A DNA stretch of 64,000 nt from NCBI GenBank assembly GCA_964016885.1, contig CAXHJY010000912.1, positions 62,001 to 126,000 of the forward strand, written 5' to 3'. Position 1 is the stretch's first letter; every line of letters begins with the position of its first letter. The position numbers were made by a program, and so were the translations under genes. Below are positions 11,291 through 25,297 of this stretch, in pieces. The notes below the pieces were generated by a model. It saw only the letters and a program-made list of their open reading frames with translations. It ran no database searches and was not told the origin of the DNA. This stretch comes from Eledone cirrhosa (lineage: Eukaryota).

Positions 11291-11432
11291 TATGAAGCAA
11301 TGCCTGTGCCGTGAAGCTTTTATAGTGAGTAAAGGCACTGCACAAAGCCAGTCCCACTCTCTTAACCAAGATGATAATTACCTTGCGGTGGGAGGTGTGG
11401 GGGCATATTGTCTATATGCTTCAGCTTGTACC

Positions 11433-11475
<43 letters not shown>

Positions 11476-11480
<5 letters not shown>

Positions 11481-11676
11481 AGTTGGCTTAAAAGTTCATA
11501 GGCTAACGAAGATACTCTCATGGAATGAACAAATGAGATTTATTTTTCAACATAGTCCCTGGGAAGAAACAATGCAGTTATTAATACGAAGAGGTGAAAT
11601 TAATGCATGCAAAATTTCATAGCTCTAGCATCAATCCTTCATAGTCAGCCTATGAATTTTTCAGCTGACCCTTGTA
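11476..11676. mobile_element. Mariner-derived MITE
   Basis: TIRs acgagagttggcttaaaagttcataggct / agcctatgaatttttcagctgacccttgta; partial relative at 27389-27492. Confidence 0.8.
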
Positions 11677-11854
11677 TATAAGTTTCTGCAATTTCCATTA
11701 ACTAAATTCCATTCATTTGGTATTGGTCAACCCAAGGATATAGTAGATGATAGTTGCATAATATACCGTGCAGTGATATTAAACTTGAAACCAGGAGATT
11801 GGTTGCTAAGCTAACATCTGAATTATGCAGCCAAGTTTGCACATGCATGTCTTC

Positions 11855-12003
<149 letters not shown>

Positions 12004-13832
12004 TTTGAAAATAAAGTGAATGCAAAATGCAGGCATTTTACACCTTAGCCATTTTATATTAAGCTGAAATGACATTCAAAATATAATAATTATATTCCCA
12101 TTTTCATTCACACAGATTGAATAAAAAAAGAAAAAAGAATCTTTTTTAAATGAACACAAATAAAATCCATTTGCTTATCTCATCACTTGTTTCTGACAAA
12201 CAATGTTAATACACCAATTAAACCAGTCTGCAATATAAATAAGGTTAAAACAAGCTGGAATTGGTACTGGGAAAAAGTGAAATCTGTATTTCAGCAAGAT
12301 AGATGAGGCAAGATTAACAGAGTGAAGGAGAGCTGTTAGACAATAACATACACAAATAACTACATTTTTTTTCCTGCTGAATAACATAAATATAAACTGC
12401 TGAATGATTGAGTGGCCTTAACATGCTATGGTGTTGGTTGTTGGTTCCAGTTTACGATGCTAATGTTGGTTTATTACAACCTCATTATGGTTGTAAGAAG
12501 ATGGCATAAAAAGTGGCTGAGGTGGGGTAGTGTTATGTACAGAAGAATATTTCTGACAACTCAAGTAGTCTATTTCGACAGATCATTTGCAGAATAGTTC
12601 CTTCTACAAGTCTGTGTTACTAATTGGACACCATAACTTCTGAAGCATATATTGGTAACTCTGTGTTTTTGTCATCTGATGGTGATATCTATGATGACTA
12701 ACGACTAATGGATTATGAAGTATTCAGAGCAAGAGCTAAAAACTACAAGACATGATGTTGCTGCCATCTTTTCTAAGCAAGAAATAAACAAAGAGCTGAC
12801 AATGTGAAAAGCAAACAGCTTATTGTATATTTTATCATTGGCAATTGAAGAAAAGTACTAAAGAATAAAATGATAATAATTGTTAAAGTCACACTAGTAC
12901 TTAAATAACCAATGCCAAATTCACTTGATTTATATATATCATTATTTTTTTAATGACTTCCAGAGCATCCATATGTCTATTCAGATCACAAGCTTGCACC
13001 TGGAATGCTCCTTTTCAAAGTGTAGCCCTGAGTAAGGTATTTTTGTGGAAGAGTAGCAATCACTCATGCATGCAAATCTCTCATCTCCATGCCATTCAGT
13101 GCTGTCTAAAAGAAAGGCAATGGCCAATACAACTTGACATCAGTGTCGATGCAGGCGGACACAGAAGCAAATTCAAGACACAAGTGCTAAAAGAAACACC
13201 ACAAAGGATCATGTCCAATGCCTCTAACATTTACACCAAAATATTGCTCTGAACTGATACTTTATTTATCAAGCCTGAAAGAATGAAAGAACTTGTGAAA
13301 GGAACAAGATGGTTCAATCCTCATCACAGTTTAATGTCTATTTTCAAAGGTTTGCATGGGTTAGACAGGTTGTCATGTTCTGATGCTAAGCTGGTCAGAT
13401 GATCACATCTTCCTCATATGTTCTGTTTTGGGGCTTGGTTTGTATAGCTTGAAGTGCTTAATGCCAGTCACTTTACAGGGTGGACTGTGTGTTTTATCAT
13501 GACACCAGCACTGCCACCATACAGGGTGGGCTGGGGGCCTTTTATTGTGGTCAGGGAGAGGGAGTGAGATAGTTAGTCTTATCTAATGCCTTGCAGTATT
13601 TGTTCTGGCTTTTTATGTTCTGAATTGAAATCCTGCTGAGGTCAACTTTGTCTTTCATCTGTTCAAAGTCAAATAAAATAAAGTACCAGTCATGTACTGG
13701 AGTCAATTTAATCAAATTTCGATTCATTCCCAATTACTGACCTTGTGCTTAAAAGTAGAAATCATTATGTAGTCATACAGCATGGGAAAAGAGAAAATCT
13801 GTGTAAGTGTGCACACACGTGCAAGGAGAGGG

Positions 13833-13863
<31 letters not shown>

Positions 13864-14400
13864 GAATCAACATAGATCTATGAAGTGGAAACTTGATAAA
13901 GACTGAAGAAATTGTACTCACTTTAATGTTTGTTTATGTATGTATGTATATGTATACGCACACACACAAACACATTTTATAAAGTGTTTGTTTGTTTGTT
14001 TTGTATATTTCAGACTAGGAATTATTTAAATGACAATTTTCTATTATTACAGAAACACTTCTATGTTATAACTCACCTTCAGAAAAAAACTCATAAACTT
14101 TTTCAGTAAAAATGTCAAAATATTTTCAAAAAACTAAAAAATACTGTGGTGTGAAAGAAAAGTGGGACAAGAGGCGCGGGGTGTAGTGTCTGCATGAAAA
14201 TTTATCAAGTGTATTCATTCATTTTTGTTGTTGTTGCTGTAGTTGTTCAAAGAATCTAAATGATAGGTTAAATGACACGTGAATGTTTGTAAGATATCAT
14301 GGTACATTTAATAAGAGAAACAATAGAATTGCAGAAATTGACGTGATGTGCTTATTATATTATATTGGCTGTTATAAATCTGTCACGTCAATTTGCAGAA

Positions 14401-15232
14401 TAAGTGTTTTAAGTGCACATGCATCTGCATACACACAAATGCACGCAATTAATAATGACGTGGAGGGCAATGTGACTGATCGACCTGCTAGAAATAGCAA
14501 CCAAATCTGCTTTAAATTGCACCCTGCCATCTCAAATTTTTAAGTGTTTTAAGTGCACATGCAGTTGTCCATACATGCAAGTGCCTGCATGCAATAGTGA
14601 CAGAAACCAATATGGCTGCTTGACCTGTTAGAAATAGCAGCTAAATCTCCTTCAAACTACAAGTATGTATTTAAGTGCACATGCATGCGCATACACAAAT
14701 ACATGCAATAATCAGTAACTTGAGCCAATATGGCTGCTCTACTTGCTAGAAATAGTAACCAAATCTCTTTCAAATCATACCGTACCATATAAAATCACGA
14801 AGAATTTAAATGCACATGTGTCCGCACACAATTGATTTTGATGTGAGCTAAAATGGTTGACCTGCTAGAAATAGCAGTCATAAGCCAATGCAGTTGTACA
14901 CCCTGCTAGAAATAGTAGCCAAATCACCTTCAAATCGCACCCTAATGCATCAAATTGCAGTTTAATAGCAGAGTAAGCATTTAAAAGCACATAATCAATG
15001 ACAATATGAGCCAATGTGGTTGAAGTTGCTCGATCTGCTAGAAATACCAACCAAACCTCTTTCAAATCACACACTAACATCTTAGAAAGGAACTCATTAA
15101 CTAATATGATCCTAGGTGTACTATGCTTAGTATTAGACAAAAGAGAAATGAGATGGTCACTGTTGGAATGTTTTTGATTATTAGGTCAGCTCAATTAGAG
15201 CAAACCTGGTGCTGAACAACAAATAATAACAA
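14401..15232 (+). repeat. Diverged tandem array (about 6 units) built on a dispersed-repeat motif; the last unit continues into the full element tail
   Basis: cctgctagaaatagca.ccaaatc recurs at about 14484, 14624, 14742, 14861, 14902 and 15035; dispersed relatives at 39447-39635 (-) and 43280-43335. Confidence 0.8.
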
Positions 15233-15260
15233 ACTACATTATTTATCTGCCTCCTTCTTA

Positions 15261-15480
15261 GGGCGGTGGATTGGCAGAGTCATTAGAGCTTCAGACAACA
15301 TGCTTTGTTGCATATAGGAGTGTCCTTTTATGTTCTGAGTTCAAATCCCACCGAGGTTACCTTTGCCTTTCACCCTTATGGGGTTGATAACAAAATACCA
15401 GTAATGCACTGAGGTTAATTTGATAGACTTCCCCTCCCCCAAACTGTTGGCCTTGTGCCTAAATCAGAAACCATTATTTA
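15261..15480 (+). mobile_element. tRNA-derived SINE family A (core resembles the MetaSINE domain)
   Basis: A box tggcagagtcattagagc, B box gagttcaaatccc, core gcctttca.cctt..ggggttgataa...taccagta; more than 20 copies in the window. Confidence 0.85.
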
Positions 15481-15906
15481 TCCTAAATATTACTGCATGT
15501 CATGTGTATTTTGTAACAAATACACAAAAGAAGTTGCACCCCCCCCCCCACCTCCAGTTGTGTCAAGGGCACAACAACCATTCTAGTATTGATCTACACA
15601 AATGCAGCCATACACTCTGTAAAATTGTTGGTGATAGGTAGAGTATCCAGCTCTAGAAAACCTGCCAAACAAAGGACCAGGAGAGTTCATCAGTTGTGAC
15701 AAAGACATGATAACTTCCCTAGTACTGGGTGTCATGAGAAAATACATTCGGTAGAGCACAGGAACATATGTAAGCATGATGCAGAGCCCTGGACTACCTG
15801 GAGGTCAGTGACTCCGATTAAGTATTGACTTGATCTGTGATGACCCGTCCAACCTTTACTAGAAAGGAAATTAGATGTTACATCATGATGATATGCAAGC
15901 TATTAA

Positions 15907-16096
15907 TAGTTGTTTCTACTTTTGGCACAAGGCCAGCAATTACCCAGTACATTACTGGTATTTTATTTTATCGACCCCGTAAGGATGAAAGGCAAAGTTA
16001 ACCTCGATTGGATTTGAACTCAGATCGTAAAGGGACGTAACTATGCTGGAAAGCATGGCGTCCGACCCTCTACCGATACTGCCAATTCACCGCCGC
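15907..16096 (-). mobile_element. SINE family A, short variant
   Basis: Reverse complement has ggcggtgaattggcagtatcggtagag...gagttcaaatcc...gcctttcatccttacggggtcgataaaataaa. Confidence 0.85.
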
Positions 16097-16944
16097 TATT
16101 AATAGTATATTAAATTTACATACATATTTCTTACAACATACAGATGTGGTCTACCAACCCATCCAGGGAGGAGGTAGTAACTCTGAATAAGAATTAACTA
16201 GGACAGAAACAATCCATTTAACCTACTTCGGCATGGAAAGCCGACATGATGATGATGATGATGATGAAGAATGGTGGTGATGGTGTTGATATTGCTGCTG
16301 ATGATGATGAATGTCATGTTATTGTTCTTGTAAAGAACTGAATGCTCTACTGTTGAAACCAAAGGAAGGTCTGTCAGAGTTATCGTCATCATCATCATCA
16401 ACAGTCCTGCACTATATTACATTGTATTATACTGCAATGACCTGTGTGGTCAACTTCAGTGAAGATTTAATAATGAAGATTAGCTTCAACAAATGTCAAT
16501 ACATGAGAAACAAAGGGTTAATTTGAGATGGGCTTATTATTATAACAACAACAAAAATTGTTGAAATACACAGGATAGAATAGAATAGAGGAAATATATT
16601 TAGTAACAGAACTGAGCTAATATTATCTGCATAAATTAAATTAACATTAAGAATATTATTCATAAAGCAACATTAATATTAAATTAAAACAATGTTGATT
16701 TCCTTTTGGGATGTTTACCAACAAAACAGGATACACCAATAAATAAATCTACAGAGAGGCCCCTCAGTGCAATTGTTTCCTCTTCATCTTCTGCATGCAT
16801 GCATGCTTAACAGTGTCCTATATTTAAACATTTGTAATATCTAAACAGTATCTTTTATATTCACACTTTCTGGTAAATTATGTGTATATTATATTACACA
16901 CACACACATCATCATTTTACGTCCGCTTTTCCCTGCTTGCAAGG

Positions 16945-17040
<96 letters not shown>

Positions 17041-17479
17041 TACACACATATATATATTTCCAGATTTTATGTACCACAAGAGCATGAAGAACCCCCTTAA
17101 CCATTATGAAATGATAAATATTATTAGTTGCTTAATTGTAAGCTAAGTGCCATGTTGGTGTACATCAATTTAGCTTAAGATAGCCGCAAGCCAACAGACA
17201 TTTATCTTAGATAAGTGGAATGTGGGCAGTTTATTCCAAGTGGTAGCTGTATGCCAGAAATGTGGCTAACTAACAGACTACAACTTATGTATATACTATT
17301 TAGTGCTATATAAGAATGTATTTGTGAAGGTTTCTCACCCCTACTTACACACAGAGGTTTTCTTAAATCTACTTGCTTATTAACCTTTTTGATACCGTCC
17401 TTTGTTCTATGATACTAAACTGATTATTTTTAATTCACTTGAATTATTTTTGAATATTCATATTTATCTAAAAAAAACT

Positions 17480-17700
17480 TACAATCATAGTTTCATGGGT
17501 TTGATTCCTGGGCTGGGTTGTGTGTTTACGTTGCTCCAGTATACTCAGCTGAATATGTGTATCAGCAATAGACGGGGGCTTAGCCTGCGATGGACTGGCG
17601 TCTTGTCCAGGAGTAAGTCTTGTACTCTCAGTTGCTTCATGCCATGACACCAAGATAAGCACCGGTCTGACAAGCCTCCTGGCTTGAGACAGACTTTAGA
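17480..17700 (+). mobile_element. tRNA-derived SINE with a V-domain-like segment
   Basis: B-box-like ggtttgattcc, then cctgcgatggactggcgtcttgtccagg; related copy at 23556-23845. Confidence 0.6.
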
Positions 17701-19938
17701 AAATTGTTTGTTAACCCTTTTTATGCCAAAGTGCCTAAACCCATTCCTGGTTCTATGAGAAACTGTTTGTTTTAAATTTATCTAAGACCCTTTCATCATA
17801 ATAATTGTTTCTGCTTTTGGCACAAGGCCAGCAATTACCCCAGTGCATTACTGGTGCTTTATTTCATTAAAATAATATTGCAAGTGTATTGTCTTTATCT
17901 AAAAAAAACATCCAACATAATTTTATGTAAGAACCTTTGTAAAGTTATGCTTCAATCACCAGATTAATAATTATTTCTTTAATTAATAATAATCATTTCT
18001 GAGAAAATTACTTATATTACTAAATCCCTCAGAAATATGGCAACAAAAACAGTATGTTTAAATTTGAATAAAAATGGAATCCTTTCAAAGCACACCAACA
18101 ACCAGTTGTACATTTTGAATGATACAATTTCAATGCAGTCACATACATATTCTAATAAGATTCCCTGTCTCAATAAAAAAAAAAAAAAAAAAAAATTTTT
18201 TTTTTTAATTCAGTTTAAATGTCATACACACAATGTCTCTTTCTTTCTTATAAAGTTAGTTGTGCCTCTTCACAGCCAATCTATCATACTTGTTTTTTAA
18301 TTCAATACACCCTCCAAAATGGATTCAGAAACTGAAAAGCATGAGGAGACAGAAACCACTGGTAAATATATGGGAGAATAGATTATGGTCCATTGCCAAA
18401 TATTAGAATAATGAATAGATATGCAATCATTTTAAACTCAGCAAACTAATAGTTCATTTGCACTAATTTATTTTTCATTTAATATATGTGTGAAATGTTT
18501 AGAATTTGAGTCAGAGCTTTCCTAATTTTCCCACTGTCATTACAATATTTAAAATATAATTATTGATGCGTTTAGTTTTGTTAGTAACATGAAATTAATG
18601 AATCATCATCATCATTTCATGTCCATCTTCCTTTCTAGCAAGTGTTGGAGCAACAAACCAAGCCAATACACAACTAGAGCCAGGGGCCTGCAGCTCACGT
18701 GTATACATTTCTGCACTCTGAGTGCATTTTCTTGTGACATCAGCACTAGGGAAGTTGTCATGTCTTTGACACGGGTTTCATTGGCAAGCTTTCTATGGGG
18801 GGTGCCCTTCCTATCACCAACCAGTTTATATAATGTATTGGGCATGTTTACCATGTAGATCACCAACACTAGAAAGGAGAGGTTGTCATGTTTTTGACAC
18901 CTTGGTATGGGGTGGATAGATTGTTACAATCCAAGAGTGGCCAGGTCAGAGCAACTTTATGTTACCCACATGGTCCATATATATAGCATGGTTTCTATAA
19001 TTGAATGCACTTCATAATGCCAACCACCTTACAGGATGTGCTGGGTGCCTTCTTTTCCCCTGGCAACACTGTTACCACTGAAATAAATATAACATCGCAT
19101 ATCACCAGTTACATGTAGAGTTGTAGGATCTGAAATATACTCTCATACCCAAATATGTAAGTGATACACAAACCTCCAGCCTGTCTTGGAGGTGAGTAGG
19201 TCTGCTTCAGTACTGACTTGGTCTAAGTAGACCTATCCAACCCTTGCTAGCAGGGAAAGCGGACATTAAATGATGATGATGGTGTGTGTGCGTGCGTGCG
19301 TTTGTGTGTGTGTGATCACCATGGAGGGTATAGAGGACCAGGGAAATATGGAAGTTTGAAAAGCTAAGGTCAAAACTGACTATAAATGAAGGAGACAGAC
19401 TGACTGCCTGCCTGCCTGCCTTACTTAATGATTCTCAATGAAGTACTAATTTAAATATCATGAATTTCCTGTTGACAGAAAATGGTCAACAACTTTCATA
19501 TATACTATCACACATTCTCTCAAACACACACAGAAATAGGGTGGGTCTATCCCCCACCCACTTATGTATATCAGTGTAGAGAATGCAATGACATTATAAA
19601 TAAATATGCAATGTACTAATGTACAACACCAAATTAATTCACTTTGAATTGCCAGAAAGTAACACACTTAACCATAAATCTGTGAAGAGGGAGAGTAAAC
19701 GAAGGAGTGGATGTCATATGTAGATTAAGTCAAATCTTTCACACATTACAGATAAGAGGGAAAAAGAGAAAAAAAATGTTCTGGAGTAGGACACTGGTTT
19801 AAACTAAACCAGTTAACCTTTCTAGACAAAAAAAAAAAAAAGACTATGGTTGATATATATAATTTGATGAAGAGACAACTGGAGCAGGTAAAATGAAGTG
19901 CCTAGTCTAAATAACTCCATCTACCTCAGTTTATGAAG

Positions 19939-19941
<3 letters not shown>

Positions 19942-20023
<82 letters not shown>
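19942..20023. repeat. (GA)n microsatellite; others at 58782-58855
   Basis: Direct reading. Confidence 0.98.
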
Positions 20024-20026
<3 letters not shown>

Positions 20027-20317
20027 AACTCCAGTCAGTACAGAACTGATACTTTACTGATCTCGAAATGACAGACAGTGAAGTTGACCGTGGCAAGTTT
20101 TGAGCTCAGAGCACACAGAGCTGGAGCAAATAGTACAGAGCAGAGCAGCATTCTATCCATCATTCTAACAGATTTGTCAATTCACCACCTATAATAACTT
20201 ATATTTCTTTTACTAGCAATTATAGCTGAATCAAGACAGAAATAATGAAATCACTTACTATGCTGGCCATTCTCATATACAAGAAAAGTTCTATTCATAA
20301 AAGATGAGGAAGCTAAA

Positions 20318-20606
20318 AGATGGTGGTGATGGTGACAATAGTAATGGTGATGGTGACAATAGTAATGGTGATGGTGACAATAGTAATGGTGATGGTGATA
20401 ATAGTAATGGTGATGGTGATAATAGTAATGGTGATGGTGATAATAGTGATGGTGATGGTGACAATAATGGTGGTGATGGTGACAATAGTGATGGTGATGG
20501 TGACAATAGTGATGGTGATGGTGACAATAGTGATGGTGATGATGGTGACAATAGTGATGGTAATAATAGTGATGGTGATGGTGACAATAGTGATAGTGAT
20601 GGTGAC
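20318..20606. repeat. 18-bp minisatellite (ggtgatggtgacaatagt/aat variants)
   Basis: About 15 units derived from GAT/GGT/AAT triplets. Confidence 0.92.
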
Positions 20607-21579
20607 TTTCCTTATGTCACCATCATATGTAAAATTGCTGCTGAAGATGATAGTGGTTTTCATGCTTGTGGATGTTGATAATGATGAGAATGATGATGAG
20701 AATGATGACGATAATGATAAAAATAAAATGCTCAAATTTAAAGGAATTGTTGTTATTAAATTTTTGCCACCACCTTTAGAATTAACATCTGGTTTCAGAA
20801 AATTTTCAACAGGAAAATGAGAAATATTTAAAAAGAAAAGTGAAAAGAAGAAAAAAAATGAAAAGAAGAAGAAAAAAATGAAGTTATAACTCCAAATAAC
20901 ATACACAAGTTGTGAATGAGAAACCATATTTTTCTCCCCTTCTAACCAGTGTTAAATAGAGAAATCATGAGAAATCATTGTTCTCTACGAGTTTTCCTTC
21001 TTCCCCTTTCCAAACTAACTGCGGAGCAATGATTTCTTTAATTAACAAGCAAATAATTAATACATTTGTTTTCTCTCTCTCTCTCAAAATGAAGAACAAA
21101 AAGTCTTTTGAATATTAAACAACACTAGACAAAAGAAAATAATTTTTTAAAAACAAATGAAAAAAAGAAACAAAAAGAAAGAAAATAAAATCACCCGCAA
21201 AACAAAATTGCCGCTGGGCTTGGAAAGGAAATCACACAAGAAGGAATCTGATTCACTTATTGTAATTAAAGCCAGGTAAATTATTTTTCTTCATATACAA
21301 AATGGTTCAACAGAAGAGGTAGTACAACATCTTTTAGTTTGTAAACATGAAAACACTGCTCAACAAATGTAAGAAGTTTTTCTATAATTTATACAGATTC
21401 CATCAAGATTACAAGTGGGTGTGATGGATCTTCTATGGGTTTCAATGACAATAAGTGTTACAGTAGTTTGATCAACTGAATGTGAGGTGTGTTAAATTAA
21501 CATATATGTAACCAATTATTTCACAGATATGGGCAACCTTAATGCAATTCCCACCCAAGCCGAATCTACATGATGCTGA

Positions 21580-21740
21580 ATAATTGTTTCTACTTTAGGC
21601 ACAAGGCCAGCAATTTGATGGGGAAGGGAAAGTTGATCAACCCCGGTGCATTACTTTATTTTATCGACTCCATAAGGATGAAAGGCAAAGCTAACCTCGG
21701 TGGGATCTGAACTCTATGCCACAAAGCAGGGTGTCTGACA
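21580..21740 (-). mobile_element. SINE family A copy; other degraded copies near 20035, 25740, 32930, 37200, 41630, 47120, 58465, 59320
   Basis: ggcacaaggccagcaatt...tttatcgac.cc..aaggatgaaaggcaaag.taacctcgg. Confidence 0.8.
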
Positions 21741-23555
21741 AAGCCAGATCTTTGAATTACAGGCTGTCATACAGTTTATGCCTACATATCATTATTTCAT
21801 GTCCACTTAAACATTTCAATATACATAACAGTTGTACCTAAGACATAACAGCGCCCCTAGTGTTGGTGATATACACACCCAGTACACAATGTAAAGTGGT
21901 TAGTGATAGGAAAGGCATCTAACCATAGAAAGCTTGCCAAACAAAAGGTTGAGAGGATTCTTCAGTTGTGTCAAAGATGTGACAACCTCTTCTGTGCACT
22001 CATTAGAGCCTGAGACCATATGTAATCAAGATGCAAACTCCTTCTCCACCACCTGCCTGGGAGGTCAGTAGGCCTGCTTCAGTACTGACCTGGTTCAGGT
22101 AAACAAGTTCAACCTTTGCTAGCAGGGAATGTGGCCGATAAACGATAATGATGAGATACTCCCCCACACAAACAAACAAACACAAACATCATCACCATTG
22201 TTTAACATCCGTTTCCCATGGAACACCACCTTTACTGTTGTTGCTATTTCTTTCACCCTCTTGTTGTGGGTGTAGTAGGTTTATCTGAGATCTCAGATAG
22301 AATATCCAGATGCTTCTTGAATGCATTTACATCTTTGTGTAAACCTCTCAACATTTGGGACAGAACTTTCAACAATTGTGTACCTTTGGCACTACACAGT
22401 GATGACCAGTTCAGGGATTGGTATAATTACACAATGGCATTAGGGCATCTAATTTAAATACTTCAATATTCAAATACTGCCAAGATCAACTTTGCTCTTC
22501 ATACTTTCAAAGTCGATAAATAAAGCACCAGCCCAGTACTGAAGTTGATCCTCCCTTCCTCTTGCCTTCTTTCATTGTAAAAAAAAAAAAAAACAATAAA
22601 ACGGAGGGGGGGGGGGGGTTAGAGAGAGATGGGTTCCATCCACCAGGTTTAAAATGACCAAGATATGCTATGTACCAATATGGTGCCTCTGCAACCCTAT
22701 CAGGAGTTAAGGGTACTATACTGTTATCTTATAATTACACAGAAACACAAACACACAAACACACAAGCACACTGTAATATTAAATGAAAGACCAGTAAGT
22801 AGATTCAGTGCTAGTTTCCATAATACTACATGTTGTTGTTGTTGTCTGCAAATGCCCTTAGAACTATCATTGATAGAACTTAGATAAACACCTCTGTTCT
22901 AAAACAAGGTGTGTGATGGCACTTATACATGCCAAAAAGAAAAGAAAAGAAAAAACAAATATAAATAAATAAATAAATATTTAGAAAAAAAAAGAAAAAG
23001 AAACTAAGCCATAAAGAATGTATGCCGAAAACAATGTTATTTGATAATGAGAATAAGTTTTTGGTAATAGGTGTAAAGTGAAAAACTTTATAAATTAAAA
23101 GCAGGCTGATAAGATTATTATAGACAGGAAAACTGCCACAATAAATGTTTGGCAATAATCTATTTACAATTTGGTGAGTATTATAGAACAGGAAGTTAAC
23201 TCCAAAGTAAATCTACACTGTGGTGCAGTTTCAATCTCCAGTTACAGCCATTTTATTTCACTTATATAGATATAATGTTCTTTAGCAAATAATAAATCTA
23301 TATATATAAATTTGAGTGATTTCCATCCGTCACACAATGTGTGTGTGTGAGTTTATTTGTATGTTTATGTACATATAAATGTATGCATATGCACACATAT
23401 ACACATATATGCCAGTTTGATGATAACAATTCTAGTAAATGTGTGTGTGTGCGTGTGCATTTTACCTTCCATTTTCCAAACTTTTTTAACAAGGTTACCT
23501 TTGTGTCAAGTCTAAAAGCAACCATTACATAGTGTAAGAGCAACTTTTGAGAACA

Positions 23556-23845
23556 CATGGCATGTGGCCTAGTGTTTAGTTTGTTGATCTCATGTTCATA
23601 AGGTCATGACTTCGATTCCCAGATGAGTGGTGGTGCATTGTGTGTTTGAATATGGCTTTTCATTTCACATTGCTCTAGTTCACTCAGCTGAAAATGAGTG
23701 CCAGCAGCTTGTGGTTAACTCTGCAATGGACTGGCATCCCATCCAGGAGGGAAGCTTGTACTCTCAGACACTTAAAACCATATGGAACCAGTAAAAGCTT
23801 TTACCTTTGTCCAAACCATGCAAGCATGGATGTAAAGAAAAAACA
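23556..23845 (+). mobile_element. tRNA-derived SINE family B with RTE-like tail
   Basis: tggcctagtgtttag...ttcgattccc head, ctgcaatggactggcatcccatccagg, tail ccatgcaagcatgga. Confidence 0.7.
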
Positions 23846-25180
23846 AAAGCAAAGCAATGATGATAACCCCCCCCCCTGCTATCTTACCAGTGACAAAATT
23901 CTACTGCAAGAAATTGTGGAAATGTTGATACCATGAAATAAATGAAAAGTTATCATAACAGAGAGAGATTAAATGGCTGTTAAAATACCTCCTCTACACT
24001 CAGCTGCTTCAGTTTCAACATATGGTCTCAGATCAAGCAATATTTATCTCCAGAGGGGGCAGGTATGGCTGTGTGCTTATGCACAGGCTTCTGTCTCCAC
24101 ACCTTCATGTCAACATTGTTTAATGCCATGTGGTGTTTATGTCATGCGGCTTAGTAATCAGACATAAATCAGCAATAGACACAGCAATACAAGAAGGGAA
24201 TCCAACCACAGAAAAACCTGCCTCAAAAAGGTTAGGTACATCCATGCCAGTATGAAAAAAACAGACACAATAACAAAGATGATAGTGGTAGTTACACCAA
24301 AGCTCTTGACCATCATGAAGATAATGGTGATAATAACAGTGATGCTGCTGGTGATGATAAGGGTGATGATAGTTACACCACAGCTCTTGAGTTCAGCTCC
24401 AACTCCGGCATTCCATCCATCCAAGGGACAATGAAAACAATACTATTTATGTAATATGATATACTATAAGATTAACACCAAACAACCATACAAGATTCTC
24501 CCCTTTCACAAAAATGAGAACCCCCCCCGTGTCTCACAATAACTAAATCTTTCATTCAAGTGCCCAATCACTTTCAACATAGAAGGATGAACAGAATCCA
24601 GAAGAGCTGTTTGCCATAGAAACACTGCTGTCTTCACTTCACCACTACCACCATCACAAATGACTTCAAACTGCAATTAATTATTCCACACAAGCATCTA
24701 TGTCTTCTTTTTAGTTCATTTTAAGACACCATACTATCACTGTGGGAGAAATAAACAGTCTATAGGGTATTTCAACCAATCAGTTGTGCAGCTCAAATAT
24801 AAGCTCTACAAATGGCTGCACAATAAATAGATAAATAAAGCAAACAACAACCAACAACAAAAGATATTTACATTGCAGTAAATATATTTTAGACATTTTA
24901 CTAAAATCTCTAGCAACATTTTAGATTTGATTTTGTTGTCTAGGTCCATACATAAACGCGTGTACGCGCGCGCGCTCTTACTCTCCTTCATATTCTTTTT
25001 CTCAAAGAGGAAAAAAGAAAATTCACACAGTATTGTGATAAAATATCCAAGTTATAAAGGAGGGGTAAGAGTAAGATCCTTGAATACTGGAATACCCAGG
25101 TGATGTCAGTGAATAGGTTAATATATATATATATACACACACACATATATAAATATGTATATATATATATATATATATAT

Positions 25181-25249
25181 GGCAGAGAAAAAGACAATGG
25201 TGATATATATATATCACCATTGTCTTTTTCCCTGCCAGCAAGGGTTTGG

Positions 25250-25251
<2 letters not shown>
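25181..25251 (+). repeat. 56-bp palindrome plus 15-nt tail between TA and CA arrays
   Basis: ggcagagaaaaagacaatggtgatatatatatatcaccattgtctttttccctgcc with one mismatch. Confidence 0.85.

Positions 25252-25297
<46 letters not shown>

Noticed and set aside
14401-15075. Repeat-spacer pattern resembling CRISPR
   Set aside because: Spacers are homologous to each other and the repeat is part of a dispersed element.
17660-17700. Hammerhead-like ctgacaagcc...ggcttgagac
   Set aside because: Lacks both CUGANGA and GAAA; it is the terminal hairpin of a SINE.
20304-20927. Asp/Gly/Asn-rich or Ile/Thr-rich ORFs suggesting a biomineral or membrane protein
   Set aside because: Several frames are open only because of an 18-bp minisatellite; no splice or domain support.
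24158-24434. Hydrophobic or acidic short ORFs
   Set aside because: Made of a SINE tail, GAT-type triplets and a 21-bp local duplication (tagttacaccaMagctcttga).
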